From IMG/VR virus record IMGVR_UViG_3300026118_000002, positions 13,333 to 77,332 of that record: DNA of 64,000 bases; one strand, written 5' to 3'. A program made the translations under genes and the position numbers. The stretch's first letter is position 1. Each line of letters begins with the position of its first letter. The notes under the pieces are model-generated. The model did no database searches. It had not been told where the DNA came from and saw only the letters and a list, made by a program, of their open reading frames with translations. This DNA is from a virus. Below, in pieces: positions 24,783 to 33,248 of this stretch.

Positions 24783-26570
24783 ATGACCAGCATCCCGATC
24801 TCGATGCTCCGTGATGACTTTTCCGATGGTGCGTTTGCGCTCGCGTGGGGCGCATCGGCGACGCTCGGCAGCGCGACATTTACCGAGGCAGCCGGGCGTG
24901 CGACGATTACGCTCCCCTCATCCGTCGCTGGTAGCCACGAAGCGGCATTCGCGACCGGCGCGGTGTACAACCTGACGGGCGACGGCTGCACGATCAACAT
25001 TCAGACGATGGTTGCGACCGGCGTTGCGGCGACCGCCTATTTCGATCTGCGGCTCGATAACAACAACTACCTCCGCTGGCGACAGGTCAGCAACGTCATC
25101 ACAGCCCGCTCGATGGTTGCGGCGGTCGATACGCAGCTTTTCACCGCTACGTGGAGCGCAACGACCTACCAGTATCTGCGCATCCGTGAGTCGGGCGGCA
25201 CGATCTTTTTCGACAGCAGCACGAACGGTACGACATGGACGAACCGCGCATCCGTCGCGAACCCATTCGCGGTCACAAGCCTAGCGGTGTGGCTTGGCGC
25301 GCTGTGCGGCACCGTCGCCAGCCCCGGCACGTTCAAGATCGAGGATGTGAATCTGATCCTGCCTGCACTCACGACGAACTGGCACTGGACACAGACGGAG
25401 TGGCCGCTCTTCAACCGCTATCGCAACATCACGATCGCGGCGACGAGCGGGCAAGGCTATCTTGCGACCGCCAGTAGCGTGGATGCGAGCGGCAACCTCG
25501 TGTCGCCGCAGTATTGGAGTGGCCCGCTCGCGGGCGATGCCGAGACCCTGACCAGTCAAGCAACACAGACTGCCGCACAAGCGATGGCGGTCAACTTGCC
25601 ACTCGACGGTCGCTGGGGCTTGCCGCAGATGGTGGAGGCGCGCTACGTCCGCCTGTACCACCGCTCGATTACCGGCAGTAGCTACACACTCCGAGAGGAC
25701 TATCCGCGCCGGCTGTTGCAGGCTGATGATGTGGAGGCAGAGGTATTCCGTGGGCTGCGCTACGAGGGGCACCAGTTCATCTGTGATCAGCTCTCGGCGC
25801 TCAGCGCGAACGTGGGCGTGCTCACGGCGGGCGTGATCGATGGGGTGACGATCTACGCGGGCGGACAAAAAATACGCCTCGACGCGACCGGTCTACAGAT
25901 CAATACACATCTCACATCGGTTTTTGACTCCGCTCGCGCGATCTCCTTTACGGACAGCACACGCAAGGTTAGTCTAATCGAGTCCTATACCGACGGCATC
26001 TTTGATGACATCCGCATCGGTGTCTATAAGGCCGGCACTTTTATGAATCTCGGCTCACGGATGATCATTGCGGACGATATTACCGCAACGAATGGAAGCT
26101 CGATCACCCTTAGTCTCTTGAATGCACCCGGTGCATTCAACTTCCGTAATGGCGGCTTGAACATCGGTACAACAGCAGCTGGTGCGGCAGATGGACAGAT
26201 CGCCTCTACGGGCGTATCGGCGCTCGGCGGCGCGACGCTCGACGCCAACATTGCGCTCGGCGTGAAAGGCCCCGGCACGACGACGGCGACGCGCGGGCTG
26301 CGTGTCACCAACGCAGCCGCCGCGATCTCGCTGGACGTGTATGACGATCGTACCGTCGCCATTCCTGGTGGACTCAACGTTGGAACTGCCGTTGGCGCAG
26401 TTGCGGGGCAGATCAAAATAAGCGGAGCCATATTGGTAGGAACAACGATTCAGACGAGCCAGAATATACCATGGAGCTTTGGTGGAGTTACTGCCGGCAA
26501 CCCCGGCACGCCCACCAAATACGCAACTGTCGTTATTAGTGGGGTTACGTGCAAAGTCCCACTTCTATAA
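24783..26570 (+). CDS. Tail fibre / receptor-binding protein
   Basis: Lectin-like N-terminus, ARYVRL, LSALSANVGVLTAG, repeated GGLN(I/V)GT...GQI. Confidence 0.7.
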   Translation: MTSIPISMLRDDFSDGAFALAWGASATLGSATFTEAAGRATITLPSSVAGSHEAAFATGAVYNLTGDGCTINIQTMVATGVAATAYFDLRLDNNNYLRWRQVSNVITARSMVAAVDTQLFTATWSATTYQYLRIRESGGTIFFDSSTNGTTWTNRASVANPFAVTSLAVWLGALCGTVASPGTFKIEDVNLILPALTTNWHWTQTEWPLFNRYRNITIAATSGQGYLATASSVDASGNLVSPQYWSGPLAGDAETLTSQATQTAAQAMAVNLPLDGRWGLPQMVEARYVRLYHRSITGSSYTLREDYPRRLLQADDVEAEVFRGLRYEGHQFICDQLSALSANVGVLTAGVIDGVTIYAGGQKIRLDATGLQINTHLTSVFDSARAISFTDSTRKVSLIESYTDGIFDDIRIGVYKAGTFMNLGSRMIIADDITATNGSSITLSLLNAPGAFNFRNGGLNIGTTAAGAADGQIASTGVSALGGATLDANIALGVKGPGTTTATRGLRVTNAAAAISLDVYDDRTVAIPGGLNVGTAVGAVAGQIKISGAILVGTTIQTSQNIPWSFGGVTAGNPGTPTKYATVVISGVTCKVPLL

Positions 26571-26582
26571 GGAGGAAGTACC

Positions 26583-26897
26583 ATGTCTGCGCCTTTTGAG
26601 AACACCGCAGTAAAAATCCAGGCGTCGCAACGGGTGGAGAACATCCCCGGCATGTTTAGAACCATCAAACAGATGGCGGATGAGGTGGTTGTGCTCATGG
26701 ATCAGTATGTCGCAACGGTCGGAGCTGATCCGGCTGATATTGTGCTCCATGCAGCAATGGACTATCTCTATGACGATCCAGACGAGCGGGCCGCGTTTAT
26801 AGATATGCGTGATGACTGCTTTGCGCTCGCTGCCAATTGGCATACGAATCACGCGGATGTCCTCGCTATCACAGAGCCACCTCCACCCGCTCCATGA
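26583..26897 (+). CDS. Hypothetical protein after the tail fibre
   Basis: AAGGAGG RBS. Confidence 0.65.
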   Translation: MSAPFENTAVKIQASQRVENIPGMFRTIKQMADEVVVLMDQYVATVGADPADIVLHAAMDYLYDDPDERAAFIDMRDDCFALAANWHTNHADVLAITEPPPPAP

Positions 26898-27121
26898 TCA
26901 CCACCAACGGCACGCACGCCGCCATCCTGGACGCGGAAATGCGCCTCACCACGATTCGTGAGGCGCTGGCGATCCGCGCGCGCCTGCTCGCCCGCATCGC
27001 CGAACTAGAAGCCGCCGAGCGTGAGACCGAGATGCAACTGATTGTCATCCGTAATCTGCTGGCGGATGAACGACGGTTACTGACTCCACCCGCACCGCAA
27101 GCGACGATCTTCGAGGCATAG
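26894..27121 (+). CDS. Small coiled-coil protein
   Basis: ATGA coupling; heptad pattern. Confidence 0.5.
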   Translation: MITTNGTHAAILDAEMRLTTIREALAIRARLLARIAELEAAERETEMQLIVIRNLLADERRLLTPPAPQATIFEA

Positions 27122-27147
27122 GGCGCACTCCGCAACGGATCGCGGCG

Positions 27148-27402
27148 ATGCGCGGCACGCCCGATATGGTTGGGATCATCCAGACCATCTATCAGCAGAT
27201 TCAGGTGCTTGCGGCCTTGCGCGTGCCGTACAACAACGTTGAGGACGGCGGCACCGACCCAGGCGACATCATCATTCACGACACGATCAATCTCGCGTAC
27301 GGGGGCGGGGAGCGCGCGAACATCTTCGATAAGGCTGGCACCTTGGAGGATGCGGTGTCGGCATGGGACCCCTCTGATGAGTTGCTGATCTTTTCGTTCT
27401 AA
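27148..27402 (+). pseudogene. Probable 5'-truncated paralog of 26583-26897
   Basis: Shared GxDPxDI..H......Y....ERA...D....W motif; no clear RBS. Confidence 0.5.
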
Positions 27403-27535
27403 CGGAGATCGGGCTGAATCAGGCGCTCTCGGAACAAGCAATCGCCGCTCGCGTCGCACCGAGGCGCGGGCGACGATCATCGCAGCTATTCAGCGCGTAC
27501 TAGGGGTGACTGAGGCGGGGTAGCGGAGACATAGA

Positions 27536-27563
27536 GCAGCCCCCTGGATTACCAGGGGGCTGC
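27536..27563. terminator. Hairpin between the convergent late and early arms
   Basis: GCAGCCCCCTGG-ATTA-CCAGGGGGCTGC, 12-bp perfect stem. Confidence 0.7.
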
Positions 27564-27595
27564 GGTGGCATGTTTAGGCACGAGGGCTGGACTGA

Positions 27596-27838
27596 TCATT
27601 TGCTTTCTTTCGACGGCCACGGTCGCCCGTGCGCCGGTGGCGTGAAGGTATCGAGCGCGTCCTGCTCGATCTGCCACGTCGCCCGCGTACCACTACCGAG
27701 CGATGTGGCAGGCAGCGCGCCAGAGCGACACCAGGCGGCGATGTGGCGGGCGCGCGGTGGGTAGGTCTCACCATGGACTCTGATGAGTACACCGCGTGCG
27801 GCGAGCAGCGCGGCGGCTTCGGCAGTGGTCAGCTTCAT
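27596..27838 (-). CDS. Excisionase-like HTH DNA-binding protein
   Basis: LTTAEAAALL...IAAWCRSGALPA...WQI...GRP. Confidence 0.7.
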   Translation of the reverse strand: MKLTTAEAAALLAARGVLIRVHGETYPPRARHIAAWCRSGALPATSLGSGTRATWQIEQDALDTFTPPAHGRPWPSKESK

Positions 27839-28311
27839 TGCGCCACCCTTGTTTTGTTGGCTTCCTGCATGACCAAGTCCCGATAACTGTACGTGCTGGA
27901 ACTCCATCGTCCCTCCCCGCCAACCAACTCAACGCTCCCGTATTTATTCAGAATAACCTGCACCAGATCGCCACCGTAGCGACGAGCGACCTTGTCAGCG
28001 CGGCGCTGAAGAAACCCAGCCGAGTAACTACGGCTGCAAAAGATAAAATCAGCGCCGAAATGCACTGGCTCGCCGTCTAACTCGCCCGTGCGGGATGACT
28101 TGAGATCGATCATACCGTCAAACGTCGCGCCCTCGAACCGCCCAACCACCTGCTCAACATCAGCCAAGAGCGGTCCGTCAGTCCAGCCGATGCTGATGGA
28201 TGCGCCGCCGCTATATGTCTTACTCTTGACCCTGAATGTAATCGTCGGGAAACTCGCTTTGAGCGCGACACGGACGAGTTTGGCGGTCTCTGCACAGGTG
28301 ATGTATTTCAT
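27835..28311 (-). CDS. LPD29-like domain protein (polyvalent-protein-associated)
   Basis: ETAKLVRVALKASFP..FRVKS.TYSGGASISIGWTDGP...FDGMID. Confidence 0.65.
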   Translation of the reverse strand: MKYITCAETAKLVRVALKASFPTITFRVKSKTYSGGASISIGWTDGPLLADVEQVVGRFEGATFDGMIDLKSSRTGELDGEPVHFGADFIFCSRSYSAGFLQRRADKVARRYGGDLVQVILNKYGSVELVGGEGRWSSSTYSYRDLVMQEANKTRVAQ

Positions 28312-28343
28312 TACTTTATGCTTTCGCTATGTCACTTCTTACT

Positions 28344-28377
28344 CTTTAAGTATAACACAGTATCATACTTAAAGCAA
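28344..28377 (-). promoter_or_regulatory. Promoter with overlapping palindromic operator
   Basis: TTGCTT-17-TATACT; inverted repeat CTTTAAGTAT (28344-28353) / ATACTTAAAG (28365-28374). Confidence 0.7.
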
Positions 28378-28481
28378 GCGAATAGCCCGTTATACAGGCG
28401 CGGATTTTCGGCTACTTCGGGCAGCGCAGCCGAGGCGACGCTCACCGCCATCCGCGCGCTCGTTGCGGCGTAGCGCAACAA

Positions 28482-28511
28482 AGCGGCCCCGGCGAGTTCG
28501 CCGGGGCCGCT
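28482..28511 (-). terminator. Intrinsic terminator
   Basis: GC-rich perfect inverted repeat followed by TTTGTT on the minus strand. Confidence 0.75.
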
Positions 28512-28530
28512 GCTATGAGGAGGCGAGGGG

Positions 28531-28785
28531 CTAGAGCAAGCCGCCGTCCTCTTCGATCATGCCGTCCAGAAAGGCATCTGCGGTGTCGGGGTGCCCAAAG
28601 CATCGCACCCCGGTGGGATCGCCCGCCGCATCATAGAGCGCGGCCCGGATCAGGCTCCCGTCCCCCGATGCCGAGGGGACGATTTGGACAATAGCGGATC
28701 GCATCTTCGTTCGCACGCCGCTGCGCTGATATGCGCGGCATGCCTCGGAGTCGGACTGAAACTGTGTCCATTCGGTTGCGTTCAC
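28531..28785 (-). CDS. Hypothetical protein
   Basis: GAGG RBS; cassette position. Confidence 0.5.
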   Translation of the reverse strand: MNATEWTQFQSDSEACRAYQRSGVRTKMRSAIVQIVPSASGDGSLIRAALYDAAGDPTGVRCFGHPDTADAFLDGMIEEDGGLL

Positions 28786-28819
28786 TTTGATTCCTCTCTG
28801 CCGCTATTCGGCGGCACTG

Positions 28820-29233
28820 CTACCATCCCCAGCCGCGCCGTCGTCGCTCCGCAGCATAGACATCCGAGCGCGCCTGCTCTGCCTCATACGACGCATCCCC
28901 GCGAAGCCGCGCCGTCTCCTCGTCGCGCTGCTGCGAGCGCGACCACGTTGCGAGATCGCCATCCGTTGCGAGCCGCAAGTCGAAATCTTCTTTCGCCGCC
29001 GCTAGGCGCGAATAAACCACCGCCACGTCATCGGGAATAGGCGCATTCGAAGACCAAAGATCAAGTACTCCATCTGGCAGACGAACAACCGCTGCGTCGT
29101 CTGGTTGTGATGTCGGATTTCGCTGTAAGAGCGAAATCAACTCATCCCGTGTAACTGGGTCCATCATTTTTTCCTCTCTGCCACATTGTACTGCGCGTCT
29201 CCATACGACGCGACCGCTTGTTGGAGTTGTCAT
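28820..29233 (-). CDS. Hypothetical protein (start may be downstream)
   Basis: Co-oriented ORF with RBS. Confidence 0.45.
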   Translation of the reverse strand: MTTPTSGRVVWRRAVQCGREEKMMDPVTRDELISLLQRNPTSQPDDAAVVRLPDGVLDLWSSNAPIPDDVAVVYSRLAAAKEDFDLRLATDGDLATWSRSQQRDEETARLRGDASYEAEQARSDVYAAERRRRGWGW

Positions 29234-29267
29234 CGTGCTCCCCTTACTCTCGCCGCCTCTGCGGCGC

Positions 29268-29978
29268 CTACGCCGCGTAGGCGCCGCTCTCGCTAGTCCG
29301 TCGCTCTTCGTCTAGGCAGATTTGCTGCACGCGCTGCCTTGAGATACCATAGGCTGCGCCTATTTTTTCAAGTGTCTCGCCGTTCCGGTGACGTTCGGTA
29401 ATAACGCGATTCCGAACAACCAACTGCTGTTGGCGCGACTCTCGATCCGATAGTCTCTTTTGTGCCTCTTGGCTCTGGCAGTCAGCACATGTCTTGCGTG
29501 TGGCTACTTTACCCACCATCTGCCGCCCGCAGCTTTGGCAGAGTTTCACCGCAGCGTGGTGTTTAATTGTGATGCGACGAATAAACACCGGGTCTGGTTC
29601 TGCCGGTACAAATGAAGCGAGATCGATCATGCAGAAATAGGCACTCATCCGTGTCTCGTATATTCCGGCCATAAGACCGAGCCTTACAAGCGTGGCCTCA
29701 CCGACCGAGATGCGCGGAATACTGTTGCTCGCAGGGCCGACGATCGCGTAACTTGATTCCGAGTGCGACGGGCGAATACAGACAAATCCCCCACGACGAT
29801 AGATGCTTACCCGCGCTGGCTGACCCATCGCCTGCCATCGCGCGCGGCCAATGAACACCCGCGCTGCACCTGTTCCAGTCTCGCTGGCGCGCTCTTCTAC
29901 GCGCACGAATGTCGCCCCTGTGCCTTCGGGTCTCCCTGCGTTCGGGGCACCCTTCTGCGGTCCGCGCTTACCCATCAC
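29268..29978 (-). CDS. Putative DNA-binding protein: AT-hook-like, beta-domain, Zn finger and sigma-region-4-like HTH
   Basis: GRP; CQSC...CADC; TLEKIGAAYGISRQRVQQI. Confidence 0.7.
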   Translation of the reverse strand: MMGKRGPQKGAPNAGRPEGTGATFVRVEERASETGTGAARVFIGRARWQAMGQPARVSIYRRGGFVCIRPSHSESSYAIVGPASNSIPRISVGEATLVRLGLMAGIYETRMSAYFCMIDLASFVPAEPDPVFIRRITIKHHAAVKLCQSCGRQMVGKVATRKTCADCQSQEAQKRLSDRESRQQQLVVRNRVITERHRNGETLEKIGAAYGISRQRVQQICLDEERRTSESGAYAA

Positions 29979-30267
29979 ACATCACCCGTGCTGTCCAAAG
30001 CGCCGCTATGATCCGATCGATCTCGCGACACAGCGGGCTATTATAATCAAGCGTCTCGCGCTGCTCATTTAGCCAGGTCAGCAGGATCGGCGTCTCTTCC
30101 GTCATTAGCAGAACTACCGCACGTCCCTCAGCAATCGCCACGTCGAGCTGATAGGCACTACCGGTGCCGGGGTGCGGACCGGTCTTCGCAACAAGCCCTG
30201 CGGCGGCGGCGGCGGCTCGCTTTGCCGCCGCCTGCTGCTCGGTAAGATTCTGGTTGCGCGGCATCAC
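29968..30267 (-). CDS. Hypothetical protein
   Basis: Coupled ORF in the cassette. Confidence 0.5.
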   Translation of the reverse strand: MMPRNQNLTEQQAAAKRAAAAAAGLVAKTGPHPGTGSAYQLDVAIAEGRAVVLLMTEETPILLTWLNEQRETLDYNSPLCREIDRIIAALWTARVMCDG

Positions 30268-30449
30268 AGCGCAACCAAAACCAACTCACGCCAGTTCGTC
30301 GGGGCTGCAACGAAATCACCATCCTCATCACTGTACGGCATGACCTGTTCGCCATCGCATTCGCCGAGCCACGCGCCTTCACCATTCTCGTAAATACCGT
30401 CCGCATCCGCGAACCCCTCAACCGCCACTGGCTTGATTTGATAGTCCAT
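30264..30449 (-). CDS. Small acidic protein
   Basis: First gene after the promoter at 30489-30517. Confidence 0.55.
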   Translation of the reverse strand: MDYQIKPVAVEGFADADGIYENGEGAWLGECDGEQVMPYSDEDGDFVAAPTNWRELVLVAL

Positions 30450-30465
30450 TGCTGTGCCCTTTCGT

Positions 30466-30517
30466 AACTATATAGTTTAGCTACCTGTATGATACACCTA
30501 AACTATATAGTTGTCAA
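30466..30517 (-). promoter_or_regulatory. Promoter with two palindromic operators
   Basis: TTGACA-17-TATCAT; AACTATATAGTT at 30466-30477 and 30501-30512. Confidence 0.75.
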
Positions 30518-30546
30518 GCACTTTATCGTATTCTTGCGATATTGCG

Positions 30547-30846
30547 CTACCCCATCCACCGCGCATAAACCGCGCTTTCCTCAACCCACGCTTCATAGCT
30601 CCCCTCGCGCAAGCCCAGCTCTTCGGCGGGCTGCTCGCCGATGCTCAAGCGCGGCATCGCCTTGCGCGGGTAGTTGACCTTGCGCGGCTTGCCACCTGCG
30701 CGGGGATCGCCTGGCTGATACAGCACGATCTCCGTGTCGCCGATGCGCTCGGCAATCAGCATCGGCGGGAAGCCGAGCGGCTTCAGCAACTCCTCGCTGA
30801 TCGAGAGATGGCGCGTTCCCTCATTCCACCGCAGCCGAAGGCTCAT
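30547..30846 (-). CDS. Hypothetical protein paralogous to the N-terminal domain of 29268-29978
   Basis: PRLSIGE...LGL.EGSYE versus PRISVGE...LGL.AGIYE. Confidence 0.6.
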   Translation of the reverse strand: MSLRLRWNEGTRHLSISEELLKPLGFPPMLIAERIGDTEIVLYQPGDPRAGGKPRKVNYPRKAMPRLSIGEQPAEELGLREGSYEAWVEESAVYARWMG

Positions 30847-31304
30847 GATACGCCCCCTAAGCGCCGCGCCCGCTCCTCTAGAATGAGCCGCGCCACGAAC
30901 TGCGCGGCGGCAGCGTCCTGCTCAATGCCGAGGCGCACGGCGTCCTCAGCAGCCATCACGGAGAGGGCGGTGCGGGCGTCGGGGCCGATGGTGCCCGCCC
31001 AGATTGCCGCCTCTATTATGTCGTGCGTGCAATCGGCGGCAGCATGGAACAAGTCACGCGGCGCATGCAGGATGAGTTCACTTAGGATTGCGTCTCGCTC
31101 ATCCTCAGCGGCCCATCCCAGTTCGTCGCTGAGGCGTTTTGCAGCATCCTTGCTTATCCGCCGACGCACGCGAGTGGGCTTCCCGCGTGCGGCTGTGCGA
31201 TTGCCACTGCCTGGCTTACTGGGCATTGTTGACCCATGTTGCAGCGCACCACGTATCAAGAGATTCGCGCCCACCCGCATAGTCAGAGACATCAGGCAGC
31301 CCAT
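30843..31304 (-). CDS. Hypothetical protein (start uncertain)
   Basis: ATGA-coupled to the downstream gene. Confidence 0.45.
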   Translation of the reverse strand: MGCLMSLTMRVGANLLIRGALQHGSTMPSKPGSGNRTAARGKPTRVRRRISKDAAKRLSDELGWAAEDERDAILSELILHAPRDLFHAAADCTHDIIEAAIWAGTIGPDARTALSVMAAEDAVRLGIEQDAAAAQFVARLILEERARRLGGVS

Positions 31305-31487
31305 TGAGCGGGAGCCCCTGCCGACTTGCTTCTGCGACCATCTCCTCGACCGCTTGGCGTTGGCTCACGCCGCGCCCGATAATCGTCAACGTGCCTGGCA
31401 TTTCCGACACAACCTCGACTGCCCCGCCGCGTGTGATGTCGTGGATATATGCTCGCTCAGAGCGCCACGCCACATGATCAAGCTGCA

Positions 31488-31697
31488 TTACTTTACTCCC
31501 TTCAGAAACGCATCTGCCGTCTCTGCAACTGGCCCGGTCGGCCATGCCGCTTTCGCCTCCCTACACATCTCAGCAACGTCTTGGCGATCATCATCCATTA
31601 CCACACGAAGTCGCGCCAATCCGTTGATTGCCCGATCTAGCGCCCACTGCGTTCGCTGCTCGTCTGCGATTGTGTCTGCCGTGAAGTGCTTGCTCAT
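31488..31697 (-). CDS. Hypothetical protein
   Basis: First gene after the promoter at 31742-31770. Confidence 0.5.
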   Translation of the reverse strand: MSKHFTADTIADEQRTQWALDRAINGLARLRVVMDDDRQDVAEMCREAKAAWPTGPVAETADAFLKGVK

Positions 31698-31735
31698 TGC
31701 CGTGCTCTCTTTCGTGTCCTTGTTTGCTTCCTGTG

Positions 31736-31770
31736 ATTATCATTATACACGAATGATAATGTATTGTCAA
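31736..31770 (-). promoter_or_regulatory. Consensus promoter with inverted-repeat operator
   Basis: TTGACA-17-TATAAT; ATTATCATT (31736-31744) / AATGATAAT (31752-31760). Confidence 0.75.
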
Positions 31771-31813
31771 TAGGCGATAATGATAGTCAAGCCCCACTTT
31801 CGCCACACACAGC

Positions 31814-31840
31814 GCAGCCCCCGGCAGTGCCGGGGGCGGC
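31814..31840 (-). terminator. GC-rich hairpin, probable terminator
   Basis: GCCCCCGGC-AGT-GCCGGGGGC downstream of the gene ending at 31890. Confidence 0.55.
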
Positions 31841-31889
31841 TATGACGACGGCGCATACGACGCTGATCAGCGGCGCGTAGGGATGCGGG

Positions 31890-32582
31890 TTAGCGCAGCA
31901 CCGGATGGCTGTCTTTGTCGAGATCGCGGAAGCGAGGATCGACAGGTGGGCTGAAAGCGATTACACGCTCGCCGGTTGCATCACGCACACGCAGGGTGCG
32001 GTCGGGCTCAGGCAAGCCCAAACGTTTGCGAGTCTCCGCGACTTCCTGGCTGACGGCGGCGTTGTCACCTCGCAGGATTCCCTCGCGCCGTAGGTCGGTA
32101 ATCGTCCATCCATGTGTCAAGAGTTCGTCAAGAACCGCCTGCCGTGTTCTGTCAAGTGCGGAGCGCGGCGGCTTTGGCGGATCGGCAGACAGATTGACCA
32201 GGACCGCGCTCCGCACAGTCGCTCTCAGTGTCCATGGGTGCAACCGCTTCCAATAAGGCGGCGCACATGGGAGTTCGCCACAGTCTCTTAGTTCAACTGC
32301 CCTACGAATCAGAGTATCCATATAGGCATTGCTCCATACCCAAAACCATTCACCACGGATGCGTCGATGCTGTAATTGCTCATGAATCCATTGCTCGACA
32401 TCATAGGCCCGTACACATTCGATGCATGTTATGTATCGAATCTCAAGAGGGCAATCCGTCTGGGACTGCTTTAGTCGGCGAGCGGGATTGGTGGTTATGC
32501 CTACTTTAACGAATCCGCCGCGTCCTGCACGGGCAACATAGAGATGGGTAATCTGATCTTTTGTTTGTGGTATACTTTGCAT
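31890..32582 (-). CDS. T5orf172/MUG113 (GIY-YIG-like) domain protein
   Basis: LYV...VKVGITTNPARRL..Q...EQWIH...RIRGEWF; GGAGG RBS. Confidence 0.8.
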   Translation of the reverse strand: MQSIPQTKDQITHLYVARAGRGGFVKVGITTNPARRLKQSQTDCPLEIRYITCIECVRAYDVEQWIHEQLQHRRIRGEWFWVWSNAYMDTLIRRAVELRDCGELPCAPPYWKRLHPWTLRATVRSAVLVNLSADPPKPPRSALDRTRQAVLDELLTHGWTITDLRREGILRGDNAAVSQEVAETRKRLGLPEPDRTLRVRDATGERVIAFSPPVDPRFRDLDKDSHPVLR

Positions 32583-32658
32583 TGTTGCCCTACCTCCATA
32601 GGGTGACAATAATAAGAGGTGTGGGGAAGATATTCCCCACACCTCTTATTATAGCACA
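32567..32658. promoter_or_regulatory. Convergent extended -10 promoters flanking two hairpins
   Basis: TGTGGTATACT (+, -10 at 32571-32576); TGTGCTATAAT (-, -10 at 32653-32648); 20-bp perfect inverted repeat at 32609-32652; RBS-containing hairpin at 32581-32610. Confidence 0.55.
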
Positions 32659-32704
32659 AATGCACTGAATGATCAATGTTTTATGGCGTTGTTATGCCAT
32701 AAAA

Positions 32705-33238
32705 CTACTCTAGCGGCTGATAGGACAGATCGGGGTCATTGTGAAATATCGCCCGTGTCGGGCGCTGTGCAATCGGAGTTAGAGTCTCGGATGACTCTGC
32801 CAGCGCTTCGTCTTTTGCGCGTAGTTTTCGCATCAATACAGTGAAGTCGTTATAGTTGCCACCAACCAAGCTGTAAATCTTTTTGCCGCTGTACGCGGGC
32901 TTCCCCGTTGATATCATCTGTCCTGCAAGGATCGTGACTATCTCCTCATATGTTAAGTCTGAAGGAACGGATGCGAGATCGAAGCCCGCTGTATCAGTAC
33001 CAGATACCGATACAGATACCGGTACCTCTTTTTTGATACCAGACCTCTGTGGCTGGGTCGCTACCTGCTGATCGAATGCCGGAGAACTACACACACACAT
33101 CGGTTCGCCCTGATAAGGCCTTACAACCTCAGCATCATGAATAATGCCATAGTCCTCTAAAATAGGCCGCGCGATATAGAACCACAGCCAACCGGCAATG
33201 ATGATCGCGACGAAGATACCGAACAAAGCAGCGACCAT
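32705..33238 (-). CDS. Membrane-anchored protein
   Basis: N-terminal hydrophobic helix MVAALFGIFVAIIIAGWLWFYI. Confidence 0.6.
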   Translation of the reverse strand: MVAALFGIFVAIIIAGWLWFYIARPILEDYGIIHDAEVVRPYQGEPMCVCSSPAFDQQVATQPQRSGIKKEVPVSVSVSGTDTAGFDLASVPSDLTYEEIVTILAGQMISTGKPAYSGKKIYSLVGGNYNDFTVLMRKLRAKDEALAESSETLTPIAQRPTRAIFHNDPDLSYQPLE

Positions 33239-33248
33239 AGCGACCCCC

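Noticed and set aside
24783-27402. Diversity-generating retroelement acting on the tail fibre
   Set aside because: No reverse transcriptase recognised; the duplications are protein-level and diverged, not adenine-specific TR/VR pairs
30511-31773. 420-aa plus-strand ORF
   Set aside because: Antisense shadow of a promoter-driven minus-strand cassette; no protein-like motifs
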